Assembly: GCA_034716155.1 (NCBI GenBank)
Contig: JAYEFR010000082.1
Span: 427 to 64,426 of the forward strand
DNA from: Thermodesulfobacteriota bacterium
GTDB taxonomy: Bacteria; Desulfobacterota; Desulfomonilia; UBA1062
Reading direction: 5' to 3'
Length of the DNA stretch: 64,000 nucleotides
Shown one piece after another: positions 49,148-58,143 of the stretch; position 1 is the stretch's first letter, and every line of letters starts with the position of its first letter. Made by a program: the position numbers and the translations under genes. Below the pieces are notes generated by a model. The model searched no databases and was not told the DNA's origin. It saw nothing but the letters and a program-made list of their open reading frames with translations.

Positions 49148-50437
49148 TTAATCGAAAGATCCCGTGTTTCCAAACTGAGAATCTTCTTTAAGAAGCGCTC
49201 TCCTGCTTATCTCTCTGAAGTTATCCACCCCTATAAAGAACTCCCTCATCATAATAACCCAGTAATACATACCCTTTTCAGTTACCCTGATGATGTCTTT
49301 ATCCATATGAATACCCCCTATTAAAAGAAAGAATAAGCACTCGACCCATAAGGCAGACCATAAACCACAACCAAACCTCTCCTTAAAAAGGGCCCTTCCC
49401 ATCTCTAAACCAAAGAGGCTCATAAGAAAGTGATATCGAGCCATCTCCTTTATGGAAAATATCTTTTTCGATTTCAAGGGGAGTCTGCCTGAATTTAAAT
49501 CTTCTGCATACTCTTTTATGGAAAATGTATTAGAGTAGATGGTGTTGCCCACAAGACCGAAAGAGCCACTTCCTGCTCCAACATATTGATCGTAGTTTAC
49601 TATATACTCATCTATCATATCTAAATCCTTTTTCGAAAAACACCATGCAGAACTTGGTGTATAACCATCAGCCAGTCTGTCTTGAATCATGCGGTAGAAG
49701 GCAGCCTCTTTTTTATAGCTTATCCTCCCCATGATCTTCTCCATCCTTCTCTTGGTGGCATCAGGTACCATCAATGGATAAAATGTAACCTGGTCCGGGG
49801 CAATTTTTTCTATCACATCAAGATCATGCTCCAGCATAGCTGGCGTCTGAATTGGAAAATTATATATCATGTCCAGATTTAGTGTCCCTACATCCCCCAT
49901 GACATCTTGCACAAGACGCTTCATCTCAAATCCGGATCCATATCTATCATACCTGTCTATAAGTCTTAGGATGGTATCGTCAAAGCTTTGTATACCTACA
50001 GATATTCTGCCAACCCCCATATCAACCAGTAAGGCTATATCCTTTTTGTGTAGATGATCCGGGTTTGTCTCTACAGATATGTCTTTTGGCGAGAACAATT
50101 TATGTATAAGAGATAGAGTATCAACAAGCTCATCCATCATAATCGTAGGGGTCCCCCCTCCAATATATACCCCTCCAAATTTATACCCCATATCCTTGTA
50201 GATCTTCAGTTCTTTTCTCAATGCCTTGTAGTATAGCCGCGCAGTCTCTTCATGAAACTTAAACCTGTGAAAAGAACAATACGGACACAGTTCTTTACAA
50301 AATGGTATGTGCACATAGAGTTCTATGCTATCCAATGGTGGATTTGGCGGAAGCAAAATATTATCAGGTTCCTCAAATTTAAGGTATGCCTTTGACTTGT
50401 ATTTTAAAAACCATCCAATAAACTCTTCTATAATCAT
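49148..50437 (-). CDS. Radical SAM protein, HemN/HemW-like (oxygen-independent coproporphyrinogen-III oxidase-like/heme chaperone)
   Basis: ...ELYVHIPFCKELCPYCSF... (CxxxCxxC) followed by the HemN-type core. Confidence 0.75.
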   Translation of the reverse strand: MIIEEFIGWFLKYKSKAYLKFEEPDNILLPPNPPLDSIELYVHIPFCKELCPYCSFHRFKFHEETARLYYKALRKELKIYKDMGYKFGGVYIGGGTPTIMMDELVDTLSLIHKLFSPKDISVETNPDHLHKKDIALLVDMGVGRISVGIQSFDDTILRLIDRYDRYGSGFEMKRLVQDVMGDVGTLNLDMIYNFPIQTPAMLEHDLDVIEKIAPDQVTFYPLMVPDATKRRMEKIMGRISYKKEAAFYRMIQDRLADGYTPSSAWCFSKKDLDMIDEYIVNYDQYVGAGSGSFGLVGNTIYSNTFSIKEYAEDLNSGRLPLKSKKIFSIKEMARYHFLMSLFGLEMGRALFKERFGCGLWSALWVECLFFLLIGGIHMDKDIIRVTEKGMYYWVIMMREFFIGVDNFREISRRALLKEDSQFGNTGSFD

Positions 50438-50480
50438 TTATGGTTCCACCTTTTAGGATTTGTGCTACAAATAAAAATAT

Positions 50481-50684
50481 CTATTTAAAGAAATAAAGAA
50501 TGAAACTTATGATAATACTTATCAATATGCAAGTGGCCATGGGGAAATAAAACCTAAATCCAGGCCTTATTATCTTGATATCCCCTAGCAGCCTCCCTAA
50601 CCAGCTCAGATTATCACCCAGGATAAATATCAACCCTGCGGTAATGACGACTACCATTATCAGTAAAAAACCTGTTTCTCTCAT
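50481..50684 (-). CDS. DUF2905 family small membrane protein
   Basis: 67 aa; ...LGRLLGDIKIIRPGFRFYFPMATCILISI... matches the DUF2905 signature. Confidence 0.55.
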   Translation of the reverse strand: MRETGFLLIMVVVITAGLIFILGDNLSWLGRLLGDIKIIRPGFRFYFPMATCILISIIISFILYFFK

Positions 50685-50896
50685 GGAATTCGTCTTTTAA
50701 TTAAATATGCCGGGTTTGTCCAGCCCCCCTTTGATGTGGCAATCATAGTACTGGAAAAATCAGATAAGACTATGTTAAATAATTAGTAACTACTCAGGTG
50801 GATAGACTGAAGGTGGAAGGTAGAAGGTTTCTAATGCGTGATCACACAAAACTAGGTATTCAGCCTTTAAATGGCTTGATTCGAGCGTTGCGGGAT

Positions 50897-50921
50897 GGCT
50901 GAAATGGTTCAGCCTTTAGTC
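50897..50921 (+). terminator. Intrinsic-terminator-like hairpin GGCTGAA-ATGG-TTCAGCC followed by TTTAGTCTT; possible 5'-leader attenuator of the cupin-rhomboid genes
   Basis: 7-bp perfect stem plus T-rich tail ~60 nt upstream of the cupin start; an upstream TTCAGCCTTTAAATGGCTTGA segment could form an alternative pairing. Confidence 0.35.
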
Positions 50922-50980
50922 TTCAACCTAAATAGCTGGGTAGTTACGATAATTGGAGATATTACTAAAGGAGGGAGCAA

Positions 50981-51322
50981 ATGATCGCACGTCATATATC
51001 GAAGGTAAAAGAGACCACAGATATAAGTAATGCCCGAGGCGTAAGCAAACGGGTTCTGATAGGCAAGGATGAAGGTGCCCCAATATTCTATATGAGACAC
51101 TTTCATATAAAACCTTATGGGTTCAGTCCATTACATTCTCACCCATGGGAACACGAGATATATATCATATCTGGTAAAGGCACTGTCACTGTGGGTGATG
51201 AAGAGGCGGAACTCAAAGAAGGTATGGCAATATTTATCCCGCCTGATACCCCCCACCAGATTAAGGCTCAAGAAAGTGATATCGAATTCCTCTGCTGTAT
51301 ACCAGCCATAGAAGAAACATAA
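50981..51322 (+). CDS. Cupin-domain protein
   Basis: 113 aa; ...HSHPWEHEIYIISGKG...IFIPPDTPHQ... cupin motifs; GGAGGG RBS. Confidence 0.75.
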   Translation: MIARHISKVKETTDISNARGVSKRVLIGKDEGAPIFYMRHFHIKPYGFSPLHSHPWEHEIYIISGKGTVTVGDEEAELKEGMAIFIPPDTPHQIKAQESDIEFLCCIPAIEET

Positions 51323-51330
51323 AATAACAT

Positions 51331-52026
51331 ATGATTCCTATAAGGGACACTACTATCTCAAAAGGCATCCCCTTTGTTACCTTAAGCCTTATTATGTTAA
51401 ATGCAGCCATGTTTGTAGAAGAAATCACAATAGGCCCTGAGATCATACAGCTGTACAGCACAAGCCCTTTAGATATCTCGATGTGGATTACAAAAGGTAA
51501 CGGCGACTTTTTTAGTATCCACAAGGCCATTTTTGTATCTGGATTCATCCATGGCGGCTACATCCATTTTCTGGGGAATATGCTCTTTCTATATGTATTC
51601 GGCCCGGGTGCAGAAAGGGCATTTGGCAAGTTGAGATATGCAGTTTTTTACTGCCTCGCTATATTTGTCGCCTTTTATACACATACTGCCATCTATCCTC
51701 ACTCTCACATCCCTGTAATCGGCGCATCTGGTGCTATTGCTGCTGTAATGGGTTCATATCTTATCTTTTATCCGAGGGCAAAGATTGTAACCATTATCCC
51801 CATATTCTTCTTTATAAAGATAGTAGAAGTCCCATCTGTTATATTCATATTAGGATGGTTTATCCTTCAGGGTGCAAATGGCTATCTTAGTATTGGCTCT
51901 CAAACTTCCATTGCATGGTGGGCACATATAGGCGGCTTTACTATGGGTGCCCTTGTTGGGCTAAGGTACAGATTATTTAGCAACCCACTCGGGCCAGTGG
52001 GTGTCCCGAGTCATGTCAAAAAGTAA
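51331..52026 (+). CDS. Rhomboid-family intramembrane serine protease
   Basis: ...HGGYIHFLGNMLFL..., catalytic GASGAI, ...AHIGGF... Confidence 0.8.
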   Translation: MIPIRDTTISKGIPFVTLSLIMLNAAMFVEEITIGPEIIQLYSTSPLDISMWITKGNGDFFSIHKAIFVSGFIHGGYIHFLGNMLFLYVFGPGAERAFGKLRYAVFYCLAIFVAFYTHTAIYPHSHIPVIGASGAIAAVMGSYLIFYPRAKIVTIIPIFFFIKIVEVPSVIFILGWFILQGANGYLSIGSQTSIAWWAHIGGFTMGALVGLRYRLFSNPLGPVGVPSHVKK

Positions 52027-52094
52027 CCATGTGGTATTGAGTAGAATCAACATATTACAAGAATAGTTACTTAGGAGTATATATAAATAACCAA

Positions 52095-52472
52095 ATGAAT
52101 ATATTTCAAGAGACTACTATAGCAGATAAAATTATGATCGCTTCTATCCTTACCACCTGTTTGATCTGGGCCATATTTTTATTCAAAGGAACATCCCTTG
52201 GGCAGGAAGTGGAAATCTATAACATGAACGGCCTCTTAGGGATCTATTCACTTGATCAAGATACCACTATCAACGTGCCAGGCCCGCTTGGATATACTGT
52301 GGTGGCAATAAAATCCTGTAAGGTATCTGTGAAGTCATCTCCGTGTCCTAATAAGATATGTGTGCTCACCGGCAAAATAGAACATACAGGAGAGGGCCTT
52401 ATATGTATCCCCAATAAAGTAAATGTAATAATAAAAGGCAAAAAGCAAAAATTTGATACACTATCCTATTAA
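52095..52472 (+). CDS. NusG-domain-II (DUF1312)-containing small membrane-anchored protein
   Basis: N-terminal TM, then ...CPNKICVLTGKIEHTGEGLICIPNKVNVIIKG... typical of the NusG_II family. Confidence 0.5.
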   Translation: MNIFQETTIADKIMIASILTTCLIWAIFLFKGTSLGQEVEIYNMNGLLGIYSLDQDTTINVPGPLGYTVVAIKSCKVSVKSSPCPNKICVLTGKIEHTGEGLICIPNKVNVIIKGKKQKFDTLSY

Positions 52473-52527
52473 AGCCTTTGAGAATCAAGATGATTGGGGG
52501 ATCCCGAAATTTATTATATCATTTAGC

Positions 52528-54198
52528 CTAAGCGCTATATCTTTGCTCTAACCGTTTTTTTGTATACTCATCTATCATCTTCAACAAGACATCCTTCTTT
52601 GCCTCAAGATATGTATTTCCTTTTATATATTCATTGAAGAACAACATTCTTTTCTCAAGGGGGGTAAATTCCGTAAGCGATGCATTTAAATAGCTTAAAT
52701 TTTTCGCTATCTGCCTGATTCCCAAGAAATGACGCCTTTTAAGCCTATCCAAATCTATTAAAAAGAATTCTTTTTTATCCAGAGAAACAAGGATATTATC
52801 TCCCTTTAGATCCACGGGCAATAACCCCATCTCATGGATATGTCTTACATAATGAGAGAGGGCTAATATTTCTTCATCACTAATACCCTTTTGCTCTACA
52901 TACTCTACGAGGTTTAATGCATTAAGACCGTATGTCGCAATAAATGAATTGATAAGCACCCTAAATACCCTCTTCTCACAGGCGAATACCGGCATGGGTG
53001 TGCGCATTCCCAAGGAATCCATAACAAGGGCCCCTTCAAAGGTATTAAGCGCCCTGCTTTTCCGAAATACATTTTTGATGGTGTCTTTAATCCCCTTAAA
53101 ATTGTATCGTTTCAGATATATGAAATCTCTATCCAGGTATCCCCTCTTCACAAAGGTCGTCCTGGATCGATTCATTACATCCCAGGCGGATGACTCCATG
53201 AATATATTAGGGGCTATGATTTGTGGTGGGACCCGTGCTTTTTTGGCTAAAAACCACTTATATCCATTTTTCATTATAACTTTATATCTTAGAGTTAAGT
53301 CTTCCAACCCCCATGTAGACGGCATACCTATTAGGTGCCATAAAAGGAGGACAAAAGATCGCTTTAATCTTTTCCTCATATCAGGGATAAAAGAAATCAA
53401 TAGATTCGCACCAATCTCTAATGAAAGTTTCAGGAGCATACCTATATAAAGCATTATAGTGTTGTATATGCCTTTATGTTTCAGGAAAAACCTGTACAAA
53501 GAACGATAAAATTCTATCTTCCTTTGGGTATCCAGCCTTCTTGCGCTCAAGCCCTGATAATGAACGATCTTGAGCCCAGGCAGGTGCCATACCTCAAAGC
53601 CATGATCTGTTGCCCTTTTACAAAAGTCTGTCTCCTCTAAGTAAAAGAAGAAGCCTTCATCAAGGAGACCTATCTCATCTATAAGGCACCTCCTTATCAT
53701 CATAAACGCACCAATGACAGATGGGACCTCTACAGGGGATGTAAACTTGGAGCGCTTGCTTGGATAGGACACAGGAAAGATAATCTTTAAAAGGGCCTTA
53801 TTCAAGAGTTGAGTGGTAAGCGTTGGTATAACATCTACAGAATTTTGGAGTCTCCTATCCCCAAAGACAAGCTGAATCCCACAGACTCCAGCCCTTGGAT
53901 GCCCCTTCATAAAATTTTGCGCAGGGGTTATTACATCGGTAATAAGCAAGGTGTCTGCATTCAATAATAATACAAACTCGCCTGAAGCTATCCTTATGCC
54001 CATATTTGCTGCCCTGGCAAACCCGAGATTCTGTCTGTTCTCTATAATAGTAATGTCTTTATCTGGAATATTAAGGGAAGTGGCAAAATTATTCACGACT
54101 ATAATCTCGTAATCACAGCCTGCATTTTCTCTAATGGATGCAATACAGTTGATAAGATGTTCATCTTGGCCCAGTGTTATTATGATTATGCTGACCAT
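52528..54198 (-). CDS. Bifunctional family-2 glycosyltransferase / lipopolysaccharide (Kdo/WaaP-type) kinase fusion protein
   Basis: N-terminal GT2 (MVSIIIITLGQDEHLINCIASIREN...), C-terminal LPS-kinase-like region (...LPVDLKGDNILVSL...FFLIDLDRLK...). Confidence 0.65.
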   Translation of the reverse strand: MVSIIIITLGQDEHLINCIASIRENAGCDYEIIVVNNFATSLNIPDKDITIIENRQNLGFARAANMGIRIASGEFVLLLNADTLLITDVITPAQNFMKGHPRAGVCGIQLVFGDRRLQNSVDVIPTLTTQLLNKALLKIIFPVSYPSKRSKFTSPVEVPSVIGAFMMIRRCLIDEIGLLDEGFFFYLEETDFCKRATDHGFEVWHLPGLKIVHYQGLSARRLDTQRKIEFYRSLYRFFLKHKGIYNTIMLYIGMLLKLSLEIGANLLISFIPDMRKRLKRSFVLLLWHLIGMPSTWGLEDLTLRYKVIMKNGYKWFLAKKARVPPQIIAPNIFMESSAWDVMNRSRTTFVKRGYLDRDFIYLKRYNFKGIKDTIKNVFRKSRALNTFEGALVMDSLGMRTPMPVFACEKRVFRVLINSFIATYGLNALNLVEYVEQKGISDEEILALSHYVRHIHEMGLLPVDLKGDNILVSLDKKEFFLIDLDRLKRRHFLGIRQIAKNLSYLNASLTEFTPLEKRMLFFNEYIKGNTYLEAKKDVLLKMIDEYTKKRLEQRYSA

Positions 54199-55151
54199 AA
54201 CTCCTCTAGTCTTTCTATTACATCATCTGAGGTAATTGCCTCCATACATATAGGATTGCTACACCTTCTTGCATTGCACGGATTACACCCCACGTCCTTT
54301 TGGATGACCTGTCCTTTAAATGGCCCTGTCCTTTTTGGATCTGATGGTCCAAACAGGGCAACTACATCCTTTCCAATGGCAGAAGCCAGGTGCATAGGCC
54401 CTGTATCACAACTTACCACCACCTTAGAGCCGGCCAGCACCTCCTTTAGTTCCAGGACCGATGTCTTTCCAACAAGGGCTATCACTTCACTATCTGCCAT
54501 GGTTAGTATCTCCTTTGCCATAGGGATATCCTGACTTGCCCCCGTAAGTACAGAGACCATTTGAAATCTCCGCCTAATGCCCTTCGCTAGATCGGCAAAC
54601 CCTTTTGCATTCCATCTATTTGCTTTTTTGGTAGCCCCAAGATTCAATACCACATAGTCATCCGGAAGATTATACGGCGTTATGCCTTTTACAGGGATAT
54701 CCCATCTGATATCCGGATTCTTTATTCCAAGGTATTTGCCAAACTCCAAATATTGGAATACCATATGGGTGTTCGGATCAGATTCCGGTATCCTCTCGAA
54801 TGGAAACAGATAACTCGATTCCTTGCACCTTTTTTTATCAAAGCCTATGCGTCTTTTAGCCTTTGATGCCTGGCAAAATAGAGCAGATTTTATGATCCTT
54901 TGCAGATCCAATACTACATCAAAATTTCTACACCTGAGCTGTTTTATAAGACCAGGAAGAGCCTCTGCCCAATTATATCTGTCAAACAATATTGCATGAT
55001 CCACATAACTGTGTTCTGCAACTATGGGATAGCTAAGTGGCTCAACAACCCAGGATACATCTGCGTGCATATATCTTTTTAAGTTTATCACGAGAGGCAG
55101 TGTATTAATCACATCACCTAAAGAACCCAACTTTATAATCAATATATCCAT
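54186..55151 (-). CDS. Family-9 glycosyltransferase (ADP-heptose:LPS heptosyltransferase-like)
   Basis: MDILIIKLGSLGDVINTLPLV... is the canonical GT9 N-terminus. Start preferred at 55151; the track start at 55187 lies inside a 34-bp perfect palindrome. Confidence 0.8.
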   Translation of the reverse strand: MDILIIKLGSLGDVINTLPLVINLKRYMHADVSWVVEPLSYPIVAEHSYVDHAILFDRYNWAEALPGLIKQLRCRNFDVVLDLQRIIKSALFCQASKAKRRIGFDKKRCKESSYLFPFERIPESDPNTHMVFQYLEFGKYLGIKNPDIRWDIPVKGITPYNLPDDYVVLNLGATKKANRWNAKGFADLAKGIRRRFQMVSVLTGASQDIPMAKEILTMADSEVIALVGKTSVLELKEVLAGSKVVVSCDTGPMHLASAIGKDVVALFGPSDPKRTGPFKGQVIQKDVGCNPCNARRCSNPICMEAITSDDVIERLEELWSA

Positions 55152-55177
55152 AACGCTTAATCCTACAATGACACTTA

Positions 55178-55211
55178 GTAATTTCATAACCGTTAACGGT
55201 TATGAAATTAC
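55178..55211. promoter_or_regulatory. 34-bp perfect palindrome GTAATTTCATAACCGTTAACGGTTATGAAATTAC at the 5' edge of the LPS-core operon
   Basis: Seen directly: the 17-nt half-sites are exact reverse complements around a GTTAAC centre. Confidence 0.55.
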
Positions 55212-55337
55212 TTTGTCCTCTGCGTATAGTTTTATGGAGTAGGAGTAATGGAATGTTGGAGTACTGGAATTTTAAAAGCCATCCCACTAGATGCACAATT
55301 GCGCACACAGAACAATGGCAAACGCCCACCATCTTTT

Positions 55338-55362
55338 CAATACTCCAATACTCCAATACTCC
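55338..55362. repeat. Three tandem CAATACTC octamers in the same divergent promoter region
   Basis: CAATACTCCAATACTCCAATACTCC seen directly. Confidence 0.5.
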
Positions 55363-55470
55363 AAACAATATGTTGTGTTATAGTTACTCAATTTATACCA
55401 TATATTGTACCAAAAATGCTAGATGCCGTTGTAAGGTTAAGTGATATTTCATATTTAATATTTTAGCAAG

Positions 55471-55499
55471 TCCTTGACACTAGTATAGAACAGTTGTAT
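55471..55499 (+). promoter_or_regulatory. Sigma70-like promoter (TTGACA, 17 nt spacer, TATTCT) for the coiled-coil gene at 55535
   Basis: TTGACActagtatagaacagttgTATTCT ~35 nt upstream of a strong AGGAGG RBS. Confidence 0.4.
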
Positions 55500-55534
55500 T
55501 CTAAAGACAAATATAATCTATAAGGAGGTTCCCC

Positions 55535-56041
55535 ATGGAGGAAAAAAAGAATAAAAGCTCGACAGCCCCTATTATCTTAGCTGTGGTAGTGTTTATTATT
55601 GGGCTTGGCCTCGGGTATTTCTTGTGGGGTGTAAACAGAGAAAAGGCTCCTGATTATAAAAACATGCTAAAAGAGACCATCGATTACATAGCCACAATAG
55701 AGCATAAAAACCGGCAAACCATCCAGAAGGTAGATGCCCTGGAAAATGAAATTGCTATGCTGCAGAAAGAGAAGGTGGCCTCCGAGGTGTCAGAGGAGAC
55801 AGAGGTTAAGATTAAAGAGATGGAAAAAGAGATACAAGTCCTTCAAGAAGAAAATGCAAGCTTAAAATCCAGTACAACAACACAAAAGGAAATCTTACAA
55901 CAAAACCGGATGTTAAAGGCTACGATCCAACAACTTACGGAGGAATTGACATCCATGAATGCCCGTATGGGTGCTGTGCAGGAGTTGGTAGAACCTCAGA
56001 CGACTATTGGCACATCTGAAATTCCTCCTGGCTTAAAATAA
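55535..56041 (+). CDS. Membrane-anchored coiled-coil protein of unknown function
   Basis: N-terminal TM (APIILAVVVFIIGLGLGYFLW) followed by a heptad-rich, Glu/Lys-rich segment. Confidence 0.5.
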   Translation: MEEKKNKSSTAPIILAVVVFIIGLGLGYFLWGVNREKAPDYKNMLKETIDYIATIEHKNRQTIQKVDALENEIAMLQKEKVASEVSEETEVKIKEMEKEIQVLQEENASLKSSTTTQKEILQQNRMLKATIQQLTEELTSMNARMGAVQELVEPQTTIGTSEIPPGLK

Positions 56042-56044
56042 CCA

Positions 56045-57475
56045 TCACACCTTAGATCTGGCTACCTTCTGGATAAAGACCTCAGCAATTTCAGGATCAA
56101 ACTGGGTTCCCTTACACCTGGCTATCTCACGAATGGCCTTCTCAAGGGGAAGGGCCTTCCTGTAAGGCCTGTCAGATGTCATGGCATCAAAGGAATCTGC
56201 CACAGCGATCACCCTGGATAAAAATGGAATGTCACCACCTTTAAGCCCCTTAGGATAGCCTTTACCATCATATCGCTCGTGATGATGCCTGATAATCTCT
56301 ACGGTATGTCTCATTGGTACAATGGATGAGAGTATATCCGCTCCAATATCAGGATGTCTCTTTATAACATCCATCTCATCAGGTGTAAGACTGCCTGGTT
56401 TTAATAGTATTCTATCCGGTATACCTACCTTGCCTATATCATGCAATGACGCGGCTGCTTGCAGGATATCCGTAGTATCCTCAGGAATATTGAGGGCCTT
56501 TACTATAGCCATAGAAAGGGCTGTAACCCTGGTAGAATGCTGACTGGTATGAGGGTCTCTTGCATCTAATATTTTTGCCATAGTATTTAAGGTAGCTAAA
56601 ACATTTTCATATAGCCCTTCATAAAGGACTACATTTTCCATACGTTCTGCTACCCTCTGAAGTAGGTATACGATCTTTCCTTCATCATCACTACTGAGCT
56701 TCTTAGCGGTAATTACCTTCAAAGCGCCAAACATCTGCCCTTCTATCATCAAAGGTAACACGCTTATGTGGTCTGAGGTTCCCATTGCGCTCGACGCCTT
56801 GTATCTCACTACCCCTCTTATCAACGAATCGGGGGTTAGAGTTAAGCCATCTCCTCCATCAGGGTCTATAAACATCTTTTTTTGTTTATTCAAAGGAAGG
56901 AAAGAGATCTCCCCTGAATCCACAATATCTGAAGTTACATCAATCATGGCTGATACCAAATCCTTGATAGCGCCGAGGTAGGTGATCCTCTCGGATATGG
57001 CTTGGAGTGCCGTTACTTCCTGAACCCTCTTTTCTAACTGCCCTGCAAGATTATCTATGAGGCGATGCCATGCAAGCACATCTGAAATCTTCCTGTTTTC
57101 TTCTAAAAGAGTCCTTTCTCTTTTTACCTTATTTAATATATACTCAATCTGTTTGACCCTGAATGGTTTTGATATAAAGTCGGAGGCACCATACTTCATT
57201 GCATCTATAGCTATCTCAATGGATGCATATCCTGTTATTACTATTACAGGCGTAGCCATATCTCGTGCCTTAATCTCTTTTATAAGCTCAAGCCCTGTCA
57301 TCTTAGGCATCATTATATCTGTAAATACACACAGGTAGGGCCCTGAATTAAACCTGGCTATAGCACTAAGCCCATCTTCTGCAGTAAAGGGCTTACACCC
57401 TAACATAGAGATCAAATCTGAAAGGGTATCCCGTATCCCAGGATCATCATCTACAATTAAAATTTTGTCTGTCAC
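56045..57475 (-). CDS. Response regulator with receiver + (GAF-like linker) + HD-GYP phosphodiesterase domains
   Basis: REC (...ILIVDDDPGIRDTL...FTDIMMP...), C-terminal HD-GYP (...HSTRV...LHDIGKVGIPD...HHERYDGKGYP...). Confidence 0.8.
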   Translation of the reverse strand: MTDKILIVDDDPGIRDTLSDLISMLGCKPFTAEDGLSAIARFNSGPYLCVFTDIMMPKMTGLELIKEIKARDMATPVIVITGYASIEIAIDAMKYGASDFISKPFRVKQIEYILNKVKRERTLLEENRKISDVLAWHRLIDNLAGQLEKRVQEVTALQAISERITYLGAIKDLVSAMIDVTSDIVDSGEISFLPLNKQKKMFIDPDGGDGLTLTPDSLIRGVVRYKASSAMGTSDHISVLPLMIEGQMFGALKVITAKKLSSDDEGKIVYLLQRVAERMENVVLYEGLYENVLATLNTMAKILDARDPHTSQHSTRVTALSMAIVKALNIPEDTTDILQAAASLHDIGKVGIPDRILLKPGSLTPDEMDVIKRHPDIGADILSSIVPMRHTVEIIRHHHERYDGKGYPKGLKGGDIPFLSRVIAVADSFDAMTSDRPYRKALPLEKAIREIARCKGTQFDPEIAEVFIQKVARSKV

Positions 57476-58090
57476 TTAAGCAATCCTCTTGAGAAGTTTT
57501 CCTTTATATTCGCCAAATTCATCCTCTGTAATAAGACCTTCCGCCTTCAGGTGGCCAAGGTGTTCAATTGCTGAGAAGACCTTCCCTGCTTCGTAATGCC
57601 CCCTCAAAAAATGCTCGAGGGACTGCCTGGGCACTTTGGGTGCATAAACCTCTTCCTTTCCCTCCAGCCTTTGCGTAAGCAATTTTATCTCCTCTTTAAG
57701 ATGATACACCTCCTCTATTAATCCCTGCCTCTGTCTGAGCCGATTTATCACGAATCTTATCTCTTCGATATTAAATGGCTTTTTTATATAATAAAAAGCG
57801 CCACGATTTATAGCCTCTATAGCTGAATCCAGGGATGCATAGCCTGTAATCAGGACGAAAGGGACATCATACCCCTTTATATTAAGCTCTTCCAGCAGAC
57901 CCAAGCCTGAAATCCCGGGAAGTACAAGATCTGATATAATGAGATCAAACGTCTCCTCCGGAAGGATCTCCAAAAGGGCCTCTGCCTGATGTTTACGAGT
58001 TACATCGAGGCCTTCTTCTTTTAAGATTTGTTCTATAAGGTCTAAGATTGCCTCGTCATCATCTACAATGGCTACCTTTGCAAGTCTCAT
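57476..58090 (-). CDS. Response regulator receiver protein with C-terminal SHOCT-like short domain
   Basis: REC (...VAIVDDDEAILDLI...ISDLVLPGISG...), C-terminal ...LKAEGLITEDEFGEYKGKLLKRI. Confidence 0.65.
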   Translation of the reverse strand: MRLAKVAIVDDDEAILDLIEQILKEEGLDVTRKHQAEALLEILPEETFDLIISDLVLPGISGLGLLEELNIKGYDVPFVLITGYASLDSAIEAINRGAFYYIKKPFNIEEIRFVINRLRQRQGLIEEVYHLKEEIKLLTQRLEGKEEVYAPKVPRQSLEHFLRGHYEAGKVFSAIEHLGHLKAEGLITEDEFGEYKGKLLKRIA

Positions 58091-58143
58091 CTATAGTTAT
58101 ATCGAAGGGGCTTCCATATTACTTTAGAAATAAATTTGATGTT

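Noticed and set aside
55202-55444. 80-aa plus-strand ORF starting MKLL opposite the GT9 gene
   Set aside because: Its start is created by the mirror half of the 34-bp palindrome, the translation is low-complexity and it overlaps the octamer repeats; it is more likely promoter DNA.
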